Shown here: positions 9,034 to 19,425 of the stretch, in pieces | How the letters are laid out: every line of letters starts with the position of its first letter | Position numbering within the stretch: position 1 is the stretch's first letter | From: Christensenellales bacterium | Lineage (GTDB): Bacteria; Bacillota; Clostridia; Christensenellales; CAG-138 | Direction of reading: 5' to 3' | DNA length: 64,000 nt | Assembly: GCA_040767925.1 (NCBI GenBank) | Contig: JAXGNN010000001.1 | Span: 1,240,285-1,304,284, forward strand | The notes under the pieces: model-generated | The model's database searches: none | The model's input: only the letters and a program-made list of their open reading frames with translations | Told to the model about the DNA's origin: nothing | Program-made: the position numbers and the translations under genes

Positions 9034-10817
9034 ATCTCCTTCATCTGCGCTTCAAAGTCGTCGAGCGTCGCGGCGAACACGTCGAGCGCGGAGAGCACCG
9101 CCTCGGGCTTCGTCAAGTCGACGCCCGCGATCTTCAGTTCCTCGAGCGGGTAGTCGCTGCCGCCGGTCGTGAGGAACTTCAGGTAATTCGCGGCGTCCCC
9201 GGTCTTTAAGATGTTGTCCGCGATGGCGACAGCGCTGCAGAAGCCCGTCGCATACTGGTAAACGTAGAACGCGTTGTAGAAGTGCGGGATGCGCGCCCAC
9301 TCGACGTCCTGGAAATCGTCCACGACGGCGCCCTCGTAATACAGCTCGTTGAGGGAGCGGTAGAGCGAATTGAGGCCCTCCGCCGTGAGCGGCTCGCCCG
9401 CCTCGTACTTCTCGTGCGCCTTCCTCTCGAACTCGGCGAAGAGCGTCTGCCGGAACACGGTCGTGCGGAAGCCCTCGAGGAAGTGGTTGAGCACGTACGC
9501 GCGCCGCGCCGGGTCCTTCTCCGTTTCGAGCAGGTATTTGCATAAAAGCACCTCGTTGACGGTCGAGGCGACCTCGGCGACGAGTATGTGGTAATCGTGG
9601 TTGACGAAGTCCTGCGCCTCGTTGGATTTGTAGGAGTGCATGGCGTGGCCGAGCTCATGCGCCAAAGTGAAGGCGTCGTCCAGCGTGTCGGTGAAGTTCA
9701 AAAGGACGTAGGGGTGCACGCCGTACACGCCGCAGGAGAACGCGCCCGTCGTCTTGCCGCGGTTCTCGTAAACGTCCATCCAGCTGTTCTCGTACGCCCT
9801 GTCGAGCAGCTTCGCGTATCCCTCGCCGAGCGGCGCGAGCGCCTTTTTAACGAGCGCCTTGCTCTCCTCATAGCCGATATGGAAATCCACCTCGGACATC
9901 AGCGGGCAGTAGAGGTCGTACATGTGCAGCTCGTCGAGATTGAGGACGCGCCGTCTGACGGAAAGGTACTGCCTCATCGTGTTAAGGCGCGCGTGGATGG
10001 CCTCCGTGAGGCTGTCGAGCACGCTCACGGGCACGTTGCTGCGAAAGAGCGCCGCCTCGCAGGCGTTCTTATGGCCGCGGACGGACGCGTTGTAACAGTC
10101 GAACTTGACGCTGCCCGCGTAGAGCGCGGCGAAGGTGTTGATATACTTGTTGAACTCGCCGAAATACTTCTCGAACGCCTCGCGGCGCACGCTCCTGACG
10201 TTGCTCTCGCGGTAGACGCCGAAGTTGCCGTGCGTGAGCTGCGCCTGTTCGCCCTTTTCATCGGCGATCGTCGGGAAGGTCATATCGACGCTCGAGAGCA
10301 TCGTAAAGGCGTTGTCCGGCGTCTGCGCGGCGTCCCCGAGCTTCGCGAGCATCAGCTCGCGCTTCGCGTCGAGCGTGTGCGCGCGGGCGCGGCAGACATC
10401 CTCCACCATGTGGCGGTAGGTTTGAAGCCCCGGGGCTTTCATGTATGCGGCGAGCGTCTCCTCCGGGATGGCGAGAAGCTCAGGCGTCAAAAAGGAGGAC
10501 GCGGAACGCGCGGACACGAGAAGGCTCACCGCGCGCGCCTCCATCTTCTGATATTCCGGGTCGGAATTGTCGCCCGCCTTGTGCAGCATGGCGTAAAGAT
10601 ACACGAGCTCAAGCTTCTCGCCGAGCGCCGCGTCCATGTCGAGTGCGCGCTGCAGCGCCTCCGCGCTCCCGCCGAGCGTCCCCTCGAGGGCGGGGATGCC
10701 CTTGATCAGTTCCTCCGTTTCGGCAAACGCCTTCTCCCACGCCTCCCGCGAGGGGAACATGTGGGTGAAATCCCACATAAAGCGCGGGTCCATTTCCTTC
10801 CTTTTCTTAAGCTCCAT
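9030..10817 (-). CDS. pepF: Oligoendopeptidase F (M3B)
   Basis: TLAHELGHAMHS zinc motif, VAEVASTVNE, EWARIPHFY and YVYQYATG. Start MELKKRKEM. Confidence 0.93.
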   Translation of the reverse strand: MELKKRKEMDPRFMWDFTHMFPSREAWEKAFAETEELIKGIPALEGTLGGSAEALQRALDMDAALGEKLELVYLYAMLHKAGDNSDPEYQKMEARAVSLLVSARSASSFLTPELLAIPEETLAAYMKAPGLQTYRHMVEDVCRARAHTLDAKRELMLAKLGDAAQTPDNAFTMLSSVDMTFPTIADEKGEQAQLTHGNFGVYRESNVRSVRREAFEKYFGEFNKYINTFAALYAGSVKFDCYNASVRGHKNACEAALFRSNVPVSVLDSLTEAIHARLNTMRQYLSVRRRVLNLDELHMYDLYCPLMSEVDFHIGYEESKALVKKALAPLGEGYAKLLDRAYENSWMDVYENRGKTTGAFSCGVYGVHPYVLLNFTDTLDDAFTLAHELGHAMHSYKSNEAQDFVNHDYHILVAEVASTVNEVLLCKYLLETEKDPARRAYVLNHFLEGFRTTVFRQTLFAEFERKAHEKYEAGEPLTAEGLNSLYRSLNELYYEGAVVDDFQDVEWARIPHFYNAFYVYQYATGFCSAVAIADNILKTGDAANYLKFLTTGGSDYPLEELKIAGVDLTKPEAVLSALDVFAATLDDFEAQMKEM

Positions 10818-11940
10818 CCTGTCCTCCGTTCTGTTTTTCTTCGGTATGCACGCCGTAAAAATCGTTTCCGTTTTGCGGTTCCGCCGGCGCTTCGAAATGC
10901 GCCTCCTCCGCAGGCTCGCGGAAGGTTTCGCCCTCCCCCTCGCCTTCATCCATGCCGAGCCACGCGCGGCCCTCGAGGCGCACGCGCGCGTCGTAATAGA
11001 GCACGGTGTCGAGCGCGATGGAGAAGAGCGTGCCCAGCACGGCCGCGACGGTCATCGCGAGCGCGGACAGCGCCGCCAACAGGATGAGGGCGGCGAGGGT
11101 GAAGCCGTCGGGAGGCGCCGGCGCCGCGCTGAACACGATCGCAAGCGCGAGAAGCGCGCCGAGCACGGTCTGCGCGGCCATGTTCACCAGCGTCAGGAGC
11201 GCCCTGCAGCCGAGCACGCGGCCGAAGCGCTTCCAGACGAGCTTGATGCTCCTGCCCACGGCGTCGAAGTTGAAGACGCCCTCGTTCGCGGCGACGGGAT
11301 AGACGAAGCAGACGAGGCACTGCCCGCACAGGGTGATCGCCATGCTCAGAACCCCCGTTAAAACGGTGAAGACGATGACGCCCGCGCCGATGCCCGAGAA
11401 CATGTCGAGGGGCGAGCTCCAGGCCGCGGAGCCGAGCGTCGCAGGCAGCACCGAGACGAAGCTGACCACGCCGAGCACCCCGCTTGCGATGCCCGAGACG
11501 ATGGACTGGACGATGCCGACGGCCATCATGCACACGAGAAGGCACAGCGTCGTCGTGAAATACCGCTTGAGCGAGTGCCTGCCCCTTTTAAACAGCATCC
11601 CGCAGGAAGCGCCGTGGGAATACATGCGCGAGGAGAATTCCCCGTAGAGCGTGCCCGTGAAGATCGGCTGGAACAGGAGGATGCTCCCCGCCGAGACCAG
11701 CAGAACGAGCAAAATCGCCGTGACGATGCCCAGCGCGAAGCGCCAGTTCTCGGTGTCGCCCGAGATGACGGCGCCGAGGATCGGGGAGGCCGCGGCGAGC
11801 ATGACCAGCAGCAGAATGAGCTGCATCGCGAGCGTGTAGAGGAAGACACCGCCGAAGTTGCGGCGGATGAGCTTCCAGGAGATGCCGAACACGCCGCGCA
11901 CGGTCAGCGGGCGGATACGGATGGGTCCTTCGAATCGCAT
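10807..11940 (-). CDS. Multi-pass membrane protein (glycerophosphoryl diester phosphodiesterase membrane domain-like)
   Basis: Start MRFEGPIRIRPL after GGAAAGGAG; several TM helices; C-terminal LYYDARVRLEG motif. Confidence 0.65.
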   Translation of the reverse strand: MRFEGPIRIRPLTVRGVFGISWKLIRRNFGGVFLYTLAMQLILLLVMLAAASPILGAVISGDTENWRFALGIVTAILLVLLVSAGSILLFQPIFTGTLYGEFSSRMYSHGASCGMLFKRGRHSLKRYFTTTLCLLVCMMAVGIVQSIVSGIASGVLGVVSFVSVLPATLGSAAWSSPLDMFSGIGAGVIVFTVLTGVLSMAITLCGQCLVCFVYPVAANEGVFNFDAVGRSIKLVWKRFGRVLGCRALLTLVNMAAQTVLGALLALAIVFSAAPAPPDGFTLAALILLAALSALAMTVAAVLGTLFSIALDTVLYYDARVRLEGRAWLGMDEGEGEGETFREPAEEAHFEAPAEPQNGNDFYGVHTEEKQNGGQDGA

Positions 11941-11962
11941 GGGGGCTCCTTTCCAAAGCGCT

Positions 11963-13324
11963 TTATAAGAGCTTCCTTGTCTGTATGTACACGTCGCCGC
12001 TGCCCACGGTGAGCACGAGGTCGCCGGGGCGCGCGTTTTTCTCAAGATAGAGAGCGATCTCCTCGAAGGTCGGCAGGTATACGGCTTTCGTGCCGCCCTC
12101 CAGGATGGCGCACGCCATGTCCCGCGCGTGGACGGTGCCGTCGTCCTTCTCCCGCCCGGGATAGATGTCGGGCACGAGCACCTCGTCCGCGTCGGCAAAG
12201 CAGGTCACGTCACGGACGAACAGCGTTTTGGCGCGGGTGTAGGAATTGCACTGGAACACGCAGTAAAGCTTCCCGTGCCGGACGCGCTTCGCGGCGGCGA
12301 GCGTCGCCGCGATCTCGGCGGGGTGGTGCGCGTAGTCGTGGTAGATCAGGACGCCGTTTTTCTCGCCATAGAATTCAAAGCGCCTGCGCGTGTTTTGAAA
12401 GCGCGCGAGCGCGTCGGCGATTTTCGCCATGTCCGCGCCCGCGTCGAGCGCGACGGCCGCGGCCGCGACGGCGTTGACGACGTTATGCTCGCCCGGCACG
12501 TTGAGCTTTATTCCGCCGAGGGTTTCGCCCGAAAACACCAGGTCGAAGGAGGGGCAGCCGCCTTCGTCGAAGACGACGTTGGCGGGCACATAGTCCGCGT
12601 CGCGGCGCCCGTAGGAAAGCTTCCTCCCCCTGTGCTCCGCGAGGAGCCCTCTGACGCGCGGGTCGTCCGCGCAGCCGAGGAAGAGCCCGTCCTCGGGCAG
12701 GAGCGCCACGAAGCGGCGGAACGCGTCCGTGATATGCTCCATGTCGCCGTAATAGTCGAGGTGGTCGTTGTCGATGTTGTTGACGAGGGCGACGGTGGGC
12801 CGCAGCGTCAGGAAGCTCTCGACATACTCGCACGCCTCGGTGATGAACATCTCGTGCGAGCCGAGGCGCACGCCGCCCTGGAGGTAATCCACGAAGCCGC
12901 CGATGTGCACCGTGGCGTCCATGGCGCCCGTGTCGCAGATGAGCGCGAGCATGGAGGTGATGGTGGTCTTCCCGTGGCAGCCCGCGATGCCCACGACCTT
13001 TTTATAGCCCTCGGTCAGTTGGCCGAGCGCCGCGCTGCGCTCGATCTCGGGGATGCCTCTCTCCCTGGCCGCGACGCGCTCGACGTTGTCGGGCTTCACC
13101 GCGGCGGAATAGAGCACGAGGTCCGCGCCGCCGAGGTTCTTTTCGTCGTGGCCGATCGTCACCGGGATGCCGAGCTCCGCGAGCCTTTGGGTAAACGGGG
13201 AAACGCTTTTATCCGAGCCCTGCACCTCATACTCGCGCGCGCGCAGAATCTGCGCGAGGCCGCTCATGGAGCAGCCGCCGATGCCGATGAGGTGGATGCG
13301 TTTGTGTCCTTCGATATGCGCCAT
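11963..13324 (-). CDS. murC: UDP-N-acetylmuramate--L-alanine ligase
   Basis: Motifs IHLIGIGGCSMSGLA, IAGCHGKTTITSM, NIDNDHLDYY and DYAHHPAEI. Confidence 0.95.
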   Translation of the reverse strand: MAHIEGHKRIHLIGIGGCSMSGLAQILRAREYEVQGSDKSVSPFTQRLAELGIPVTIGHDEKNLGGADLVLYSAAVKPDNVERVAARERGIPEIERSAALGQLTEGYKKVVGIAGCHGKTTITSMLALICDTGAMDATVHIGGFVDYLQGGVRLGSHEMFITEACEYVESFLTLRPTVALVNNIDNDHLDYYGDMEHITDAFRRFVALLPEDGLFLGCADDPRVRGLLAEHRGRKLSYGRRDADYVPANVVFDEGGCPSFDLVFSGETLGGIKLNVPGEHNVVNAVAAAAVALDAGADMAKIADALARFQNTRRRFEFYGEKNGVLIYHDYAHHPAEIAATLAAAKRVRHGKLYCVFQCNSYTRAKTLFVRDVTCFADADEVLVPDIYPGREKDDGTVHARDMACAILEGGTKAVYLPTFEEIALYLEKNARPGDLVLTVGSGDVYIQTRKLL

Positions 13325-13365
13325 GTCCTTCCTTCTCCGCCCGCTTTCTTATTTTCAGAATAGAA

Positions 13366-14196
13366 TTATACCATATTATAGAACGCGCTGCACGAAACGG
13401 CGAAGGGTTCGTCCGAAAAGGCCGCCTTCGCGCGCAGCGTCGCGGCTTCATCCTCAAAGACGCCGAACACCGCGCTGCCGCTGCCCGTCATGGACGCGGC
13501 GAGCGCGCCCGCCCTTTTCATGCGCGAGAGGAGGGATGAAATCTCAGGCACGAGGGAAGAGGCCGCCGGCAAAAGCGCGTTGCCGATGTGGGGGAGGAGC
13601 GCGGCGCGGTCGGAGCGCCTTATGGCGAAGACCGCGCCCCCCGTCGTCCCCGCGGCATACGGGGGAGCGAGCGCGCGGAACACCTCCCGCGTGGAAGCGC
13701 CGCGCTCCGGCTTCACGACGAGGAGGTTGAGCGGGAGCGGCGGGAGCGGCGTTATGACCTCTCCCCTGCCCTCGCACAGCGCGATTCCGCCCTCCATCAG
13801 GAAGGGAACGTCGGACCCGATTTCCAGCGCGAGCGCGCGAAGCTCCGCCCCGCCGAGCGCGCCGCAATGCGCCTGCAGCGCGCGAAGCACCGCCGCCGCG
13901 TCCGCCGACGAGCCGCCGAGCCCCGCCTCGGGCGGGATGCGCCGGATGATCCGCGCGCGCACGCCCGATACGCCGCCCCGCGCGCAGTATTTCTGCGCGG
14001 CTAAAAACGCCGCGCTCCCCAGCGGCAGCGGAGGTTCCGCCTCTATAACTATGCCCCGCGTATCGAATTCAAGCGCGATTTCGTCAAAAATGTCGACGGC
14101 GAGCATGACGGAGCTGAGCTCGTGATAGCCATCCGCCCGTTTGCCCAAAACGTCGAGCGTGAGATTCACCTTCGCGCACGCTTTGATTCGTTCCAT
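13366..14196 (-). CDS. ispE: 4-diphosphocytidyl-2C-methyl-D-erythritol kinase
   Basis: Motifs AKVNLTLDVLGKRADGYHEL, IPPEAGLGGSSADAAA, GSDVPF and MTGSGSAVFG. Confidence 0.95.
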   Translation of the reverse strand: MERIKACAKVNLTLDVLGKRADGYHELSSVMLAVDIFDEIALEFDTRGIVIEAEPPLPLGSAAFLAAQKYCARGGVSGVRARIIRRIPPEAGLGGSSADAAAVLRALQAHCGALGGAELRALALEIGSDVPFLMEGGIALCEGRGEVITPLPPLPLNLLVVKPERGASTREVFRALAPPYAAGTTGGAVFAIRRSDRAALLPHIGNALLPAASSLVPEISSLLSRMKRAGALAASMTGSGSAVFGVFEDEAATLRAKAAFSDEPFAVSCSAFYNMV

Positions 14197-14283
14197 ACCA
14201 GCATTATATACGCCTTCGGCATAAAAATCACGATGGATGTCAATGCTCATGCTAACAATCGGTTTCAGTTCGGAGGGTATACG

Positions 14284-14871
14284 ATGATCAAACGCATTCT
14301 TGCAACCGTACTTTTAGCCGCGCTCTGCCTCGGGGCGGTCTCGCCGGGCAACGAAAACATACTTCGGCTGCACGTCGTCGCCAACAGCGACAGCGCGAAG
14401 GACCAGGCCGTGAAGCTCGCCGTGCGCGACGCGATACTCGCCCATGAGGCGGATATGGCGGCCTGCCGCGACAGCGAACAGGCGAAGGCAACGCTCATGG
14501 CGGACGGCGGGGAGCTGCTCGCCCTCGTGGAACAAACGCTCGCCGAGGAGGGCGCGGACTACGGCGCGCAGCTGGTGCTCGGCATATACGATTTCCCGGA
14601 TCGATCCTACGGGGACGCGTTTTACCCCGCCGGGGAATACGAGGCGCTGCGCGTCGTGCTCGGCGAGGGCGGCGGCCAAAACTGGTGGTGCGTGATGTTT
14701 CCCCCTCTATGCATATTGGAGCTTCCCGACGGGAAAATTGATTATGAGGAGTTGGACGCGGATTTCGAGCTCGACGGGCTCAAATTCAACAGCTTCCTCA
14801 TCAGGCTCATAAAAAGCATAGACGGAGGAAAGCTATGGCAAAGGATACAAGCAATCGTAAATACGCAATAG
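14284..14871 (+). CDS. spoIIR: Stage II sporulation protein R
   Basis: Signal peptide; LRLHVVANSDSAKDQAVKLAVRD; PAGEYEALRVVLGEGGGQNWWCVMFPPLC. Confidence 0.93.
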   Translation: MIKRILATVLLAALCLGAVSPGNENILRLHVVANSDSAKDQAVKLAVRDAILAHEADMAACRDSEQAKATLMADGGELLALVEQTLAEEGADYGAQLVLGIYDFPDRSYGDAFYPAGEYEALRVVLGEGGGQNWWCVMFPPLCILELPDGKIDYEELDADFELDGLKFNSFLIRLIKSIDGGKLWQRIQAIVNTQ

Positions 14872-15530
14872 CGCTTGCGCTGACGCTGGCGCTTTGCCTG
14901 ATCCTGCAGAACGCGGCCTACGCGGCGGCGACCCTGAAGGTCGGCTCGTCGGGGGACGAGGTCGTTTCGCTGCAGACGAAGCTCAAGCGCTGGGGCTACT
15001 ATTCCGGGGCGATCGACGGCAAGTTCGGCGCGAAAACCAGAAGCGCCGTCATCTACTTCCAGCAGAAGAACGGCCTCGTGGCCGACGGCGTCGTGGGCCC
15101 CGCGACGGCAAGGGCGCTGGGGCTGGTGCTCAAGACCTCGAGCTCGGGCTCCGGCAGTTCATCGAACAGCAAGGACGGCGACCTGTATCTCCTCGCGCGG
15201 GTCGTCTACGGGGAGGCGCGCGGCGAGCCCTACAAGGGGCAGGTCGCCGTGGCCGCCGTTGTGCTCAACCGCGTCAAGAGCAGCGAGTTCCCCAACTCCA
15301 TCAGCGGCGTGGTCTACCAGAGCGGCGCGTTCGACGCGGTCAAGGACGGGCAGGTCAACCTGTCGCCGGACGAGACGGCCATCAAAGCCGCCACGGACGC
15401 CATGAACGGCTGGGACCCCACGAACGGATGCCTCTACTATTACAACCCGGCGACGAGCACGAACAAGTGGATGCTCTCGCTCCCCGTCACGCTGTCCATC
15501 GGGCGGCACAACTTCGCATTGGGTAAATGA
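14835..15530 (+). CDS. sleB: Spore cortex-lytic enzyme SleB (PG-binding domain plus Hydrolase_2)
   Basis: N-terminal PG-binding domain; LLARVVYGEARGEPYKGQVAVAAVVLNRV; GWDPTNGCLYYYNP. Confidence 0.93.
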   Translation: MAKDTSNRKYAIALALTLALCLILQNAAYAAATLKVGSSGDEVVSLQTKLKRWGYYSGAIDGKFGAKTRSAVIYFQQKNGLVADGVVGPATARALGLVLKTSSSGSGSSSNSKDGDLYLLARVVYGEARGEPYKGQVAVAAVVLNRVKSSEFPNSISGVVYQSGAFDAVKDGQVNLSPDETAIKAATDAMNGWDPTNGCLYYYNPATSTNKWMLSLPVTLSIGRHNFALGK

Positions 15531-16870
15531 ATATGAGCGAGAAAACGAAAGACATCATCACAAAGGTCATCATCCCGCTGGCGCTCGTCGTCGCGGTCGT
15601 GGCCCTCGCCTTCTGGGGCACGCAGCAGCGCGCGCTCGCGGACGAATACAAGTATACGGCGAGCACCATGTACCGCCGCTCGTTCACGGAGCTGTGCGAC
15701 AACATGAGCCAGCTCCAGATGGCGCTGGGCAAGCTGCGCGTGGTGACAAGCCCCACGCAGAACGTGCTGCTGCTCGACGACATCTGGCGGCTCTCCGGCT
15801 CGTGCGTGAGCCTTCTAAGCCAGCTCCCCACCTCCCACCTCGACACGGGCGAGCTGACCCAGTTCATCACGCGCGTGGGCGATTACGCCCACATCCTCAC
15901 GAAGAAAGCCCTCTCGGGCGAGACGGCCTCCGAGGAGGACTCGAGCCAGCTCGAGCAGCTCTACGCCCGCTGCGGGGAGATCGCGGACAACCTCAACGAG
16001 AGGCTCGCGATCGGCGACATCCCTATGGCCGCCATCACCAACGACGAATACTACACGCAGAGCGACGGCACCTATACGAGCACCGAGGACGAGAGCAAGT
16101 TCCCCACGCTCATCTACGACGGGCCGTTCTCCGAGAGCGCGGAAAAGCAGGAGGCGCGCGGCGTTTCGGGGGACGAGGTCACCGAGGAAAAGGCGCGCGA
16201 GATCGCGATGAAGCTCGCCGAGGTCAGCGAGTTCGACACGTCGGGCTCCTCCGACGGCAGGATCCCCGCGTTCGACTTCCACGGCACGTATGAGGACGGG
16301 CGCGAGGTGGACGTTTCCATCACGAAAAAGGGCGGCATGCTGCTCTGGCTCATGTCCTCCGCGACGGGGACCGCCTCCGGCATCCCCGACGAGGACAAGA
16401 TCGACAAGCTCGTTCAGGCGGGGCTCGACTGGCTCACCAAGCAGGGCTACGAGAGCATGAGGCCGACCTACGCGCAGTATTACGCGGGCTCGGCGCTCAT
16501 CAACTACGCCTATATCGAGAACGACGCCATCGTCTACAACGACCTCATCAAGGTCTGGATCGACGTGGAGACGTTTGAAATCATCGGCGCGGACGCGCGC
16601 AACTACCTGTTCAGCCATACCGAGAGGGATATTTCCGAACCCGCGATCTCCGCCGAGGAGGCCGAGGCGAAGGTGTCCGTCAACCTCGACATCGAGAGCC
16701 GCGAGCTCGCGCTCATCCCCGTCTCGCCCACGCTGGAGCGCCTGTGCTACGAGTTCAAGGGCAAATGCGAGAACGGGGACGAGTACATCGTCTACGTCGA
16801 CGCGGAAACGGGTGAGGAGCAGCAGGTGTTCATGGTGATCCACACCGAAAACGGGCAGCTCACGCTGTGA
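15527..16870 (+). CDS. ypeB: Germination protein YpeB (PepSY domains)
   Basis: N-terminal TM; PTLIYDGPFSE motif; C-terminal LCYEFKG...YVDAETGEE; coupled to sleB. Confidence 0.9.
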   Translation: MNMSEKTKDIITKVIIPLALVVAVVALAFWGTQQRALADEYKYTASTMYRRSFTELCDNMSQLQMALGKLRVVTSPTQNVLLLDDIWRLSGSCVSLLSQLPTSHLDTGELTQFITRVGDYAHILTKKALSGETASEEDSSQLEQLYARCGEIADNLNERLAIGDIPMAAITNDEYYTQSDGTYTSTEDESKFPTLIYDGPFSESAEKQEARGVSGDEVTEEKAREIAMKLAEVSEFDTSGSSDGRIPAFDFHGTYEDGREVDVSITKKGGMLLWLMSSATGTASGIPDEDKIDKLVQAGLDWLTKQGYESMRPTYAQYYAGSALINYAYIENDAIVYNDLIKVWIDVETFEIIGADARNYLFSHTERDISEPAISAEEAEAKVSVNLDIESRELALIPVSPTLERLCYEFKGKCENGDEYIVYVDAETGEEQQVFMVIHTENGQLTL

Positions 16871-16961
16871 GTTGATTGACAAGCACAAAAGAATACTCTA
16901 TGATGAATCAAATCGCACAGTTCCCTATCGACCGTGCGATTTATTCAACCCGGAGGCGCGC

Positions 16962-17390
16962 ATGGAGGAGACCGACCGCCTGACGGAGGCGCTGTGCGTC
17001 CCCGCATGGCGCAAAAAGCCGCCCGCGCTCGATTACGCGGCGCTCGTCCGCCGCGTGCTGGAAACCCTCCCCGAGGCGGGCGAGGCGGACATTTCGACCC
17101 GGGAGGGCTACGCCCTCGCCAAGCTGAAAACCCTTTCGAAAAAACCCCGTCGCGGCTGCCCGGACGACAGGCGGGTGCATGAGGCGCTTTGGCTGTGCGT
17201 CGGCGCGGTCTGTTTCCCGAAGGATGAAAGGCGCAGGGGGGCGCGGCTTCGCGAGGCGTGCGAGGCCGCCCTCGCGCTGACCCGCGGCGTGCCCCCGCGC
17301 GAGCGCGAGGCGTTCCGCGCGCGCCTTAGCGAACCGGCGGACGCCATGGCGCGGCTCATCAGCCGCGCGATCACACGAAAAGGAGAATGA
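16962..17390 (+). CDS. Hypothetical protein
   Basis: ATG after GGAGG; upstream TTGACA...TATGAT promoter at about 16876-16905; in operon with the next genes. Confidence 0.55.
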   Translation: MEETDRLTEALCVPAWRKKPPALDYAALVRRVLETLPEAGEADISTREGYALAKLKTLSKKPRRGCPDDRRVHEALWLCVGAVCFPKDERRRGARLREACEAALALTRGVPPREREAFRARLSEPADAMARLISRAITRKGE

Positions 17391-17394
17391 AGAT

Positions 17395-18048
17395 ATGGAC
17401 ATCAAATGGTATGGCCACAGCTGTTTTCTGATAACGGCCGACGCGGGCACGCGGATCCTCACGGACCCTTACGACCCGAGCGTGGGCTATCCCATGCATA
17501 AAATCGCGTGCGACGCCGTCACCGCGAGCCACGCGCATTTTGACCACGCCTATTTCGACATGTGCGCGGGCGAGCCCATGCGCATCACGGAGCCCGGGGA
17601 ATACGAGTTGGGCGGCGTTTCCATCCTGGGCGTTTCGACCTATCACGACGCGGACGGCGGCGCGCGGCGCGGGAAAAACATCGTGTTCGTCTATGAAATC
17701 GAGGGCATGCGCGTGGTGCACGCGGGCGACCTCGGCGAAATCCCGGATGAGGCAACGCTCGCCCGCATCGGCTCCGCGGACGTGCTGCTCGTGCCCGTGG
17801 GCGGCTACTACACGATCGACCACAACGGCGCGCGGGAGCTTGCCAACAAGCTGCGCCCCAAGGTCGTCATCCCAATGCACTATAAAACAAATGCCGTCGA
17901 CGAGCGCTTCCAGATCAGCGACCTCACGCCCTTCCTCTCCTCGCTGAGCGGCTGCGCGATACACAGGCTGCGCCAGAGCGACTGCGTGCTCACCAGAGAA
18001 AGCCTCGGCGCGGACCGCGTCATCACGCTCGAGTACGCGAAGGAGTAA
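17395..18048 (+). CDS. Metallo-beta-lactamase fold hydrolase
   Basis: Motifs WYGHSCF, SHAHFDH, HAGDLG and IPMHY. Confidence 0.9.
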   Translation: MDIKWYGHSCFLITADAGTRILTDPYDPSVGYPMHKIACDAVTASHAHFDHAYFDMCAGEPMRITEPGEYELGGVSILGVSTYHDADGGARRGKNIVFVYEIEGMRVVHAGDLGEIPDEATLARIGSADVLLVPVGGYYTIDHNGARELANKLRPKVVIPMHYKTNAVDERFQISDLTPFLSSLSGCAIHRLRQSDCVLTRESLGADRVITLEYAKE

Positions 18049-18051
18049 GCC

Positions 18052-18504
18052 ATGCGCCTCTCAGGTTTCCCAAAAGGGTTTGAAAGCGCCGTGGCGCTCA
18101 TCGAGGGGGAATGCGCCGTCGCCGTCTGCCGCGACGGGGAGGTCGTCCATTCGTCCTCCGGGCGCGGCATCGCACCGCTTATCGCGCTTTACGACGCGCA
18201 GCCGGCGCTTCTCTCGGGCGCCGCCGTCGCGGACAAGGTCATCGGCAAGGCCGCGGCGATGATTCTCGTTAAGGCGGGAACGAGCGCCGCCTACGGCGCC
18301 GTCATGAGCGAAACGGGGCGCGATTACCTCCTCTCCCGCGGCGTGACCACGGGCTGCGGCTGCCTCGTCGCGCGCATCGCCAACCGCAGCGGGGACGGGC
18401 TCTGCCCCATCGAGCAGAGCGTGCTCGACGAATTCGACCCGGACGCGGGCCTTGAAAAGATCCGGGCACGGATCGCGGAATTGCAAAGGGCGATGGGCAG
18501 CTGA
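18052..18504 (+). CDS. DUF1893 (TM1506-like) protein
   Basis: GRGIAPL, VADKVIGKAAAMI and IANRSGDGLCPIE signatures. Confidence 0.8.
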   Translation: MRLSGFPKGFESAVALIEGECAVAVCRDGEVVHSSSGRGIAPLIALYDAQPALLSGAAVADKVIGKAAAMILVKAGTSAAYGAVMSETGRDYLLSRGVTTGCGCLVARIANRSGDGLCPIEQSVLDEFDPDAGLEKIRARIAELQRAMGS

Positions 18505-18582
18505 CAATTGACAATTGACAATGGATAATTGACAATTACGAGAATAAAGGACGGCCTCCGCTTGAACGATGTTCGGCGGGGG
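18496..18582 (+). repeat. Composite repeat: (GACAATT)n heptamers plus CGGCCTCCGC(C/T)TGAACGATGTTCGGCGGGG hairpin
   Basis: A near-identical inverted copy lies at 25033-25113. Confidence 0.8.
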
Positions 18583-18614
18583 CTGCTTTTCGCATGGGTC
18601 GGGGATTCGCGCCC

Positions 18615-19280
18615 CTACGGCAAAATCGAAACCCAGGGCACGATCAGGAAATCATAGACGCCGTGGGCGACGATCAGCGAGAGGAGCGTGCAGCCCCTGA
18701 CCTTTTCCCGAAACGCGCAGAAGGCGAAGCCGAGGGCGGCGGTCGTCAGAACCTGAACGAGGCTGCCGCCAAATACGTGGAACAGCCCGAACAGCGCGGA
18801 GGACAGGGCGGCCGCGAACCAGCGGCAATCCCGGATTTCGAGCAACTTGTGGAAAACATAGCCGCGAAAGACGAACTCCTCGACGAGCGACACGGCGAAG
18901 AGCGCATGGGCGAATTCGAAAACGAATTTCCACGGCACCGCATACGCGGTGTTTCCGACGAGACCCCGGAAGCCCAGGAGGATGGGAAGCACGGTCAAAA
19001 CCGCGGACAGGGCCAGCGCGAACAGCGTGCCGACGGCTATCTGCCGCGGGATCCCTTCTTTGCGAAAGCCGACGTCGCTCAGGCGCTTTTTTCCGCGCAG
19101 CATCATGACGCCCGGCGGAAGCATGATCGACCAGTAGGTCAGGAACATCAGCGCCATGCGCAGCGGCAGGGCGAAGCGCATCAAGAGATGCCTGTTGAAC
19201 AGCACGACCCCGTATAAAGCCGCAAAAACGCCCAGCACCGCGACGGTGAGCTCTAAAACGGGCTTTCGGATTTTCGCCAT
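18615..19280 (-). CDS. CPBP (CAAX/Abi) family intramembrane glutamic endopeptidase
   Basis: EEFVFRG, SSALFGLFH and HGVYD motifs; multiple TMs; start MAKIRKP after GGGAGG. Confidence 0.9.
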   Translation of the reverse strand: MAKIRKPVLELTVAVLGVFAALYGVVLFNRHLLMRFALPLRMALMFLTYWSIMLPPGVMMLRGKKRLSDVGFRKEGIPRQIAVGTLFALALSAVLTVLPILLGFRGLVGNTAYAVPWKFVFEFAHALFAVSLVEEFVFRGYVFHKLLEIRDCRWFAAALSSALFGLFHVFGGSLVQVLTTAALGFAFCAFREKVRGCTLLSLIVAHGVYDFLIVPWVSILP

Positions 19281-19425
19281 AACCAACCTCCCGAACCGCC
19301 GGTCGGAGCCGCGCTTAGCCCGGCGGCCGATCATTGTAAGATGCCGTAAGCAAAGTTCCTGTAAAAAACACGCATTGCATATACAGAACCTGTTCCGCTC
19401 CCCCATAATTGTCAATTTTCAATTG

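Noticed and set aside
14197-14283. SigF/SigG promoter for spoIIR-sleB-ypeB
   Set aside because: GCATA and CATGCTA-like words are present, but I could not fit the consensus spacing with confidence.
18499-18540. CRISPR array from the periodic AT-rich tracts
   Set aside because: The period is 7 nt with no unique spacers, and there are no cas genes.
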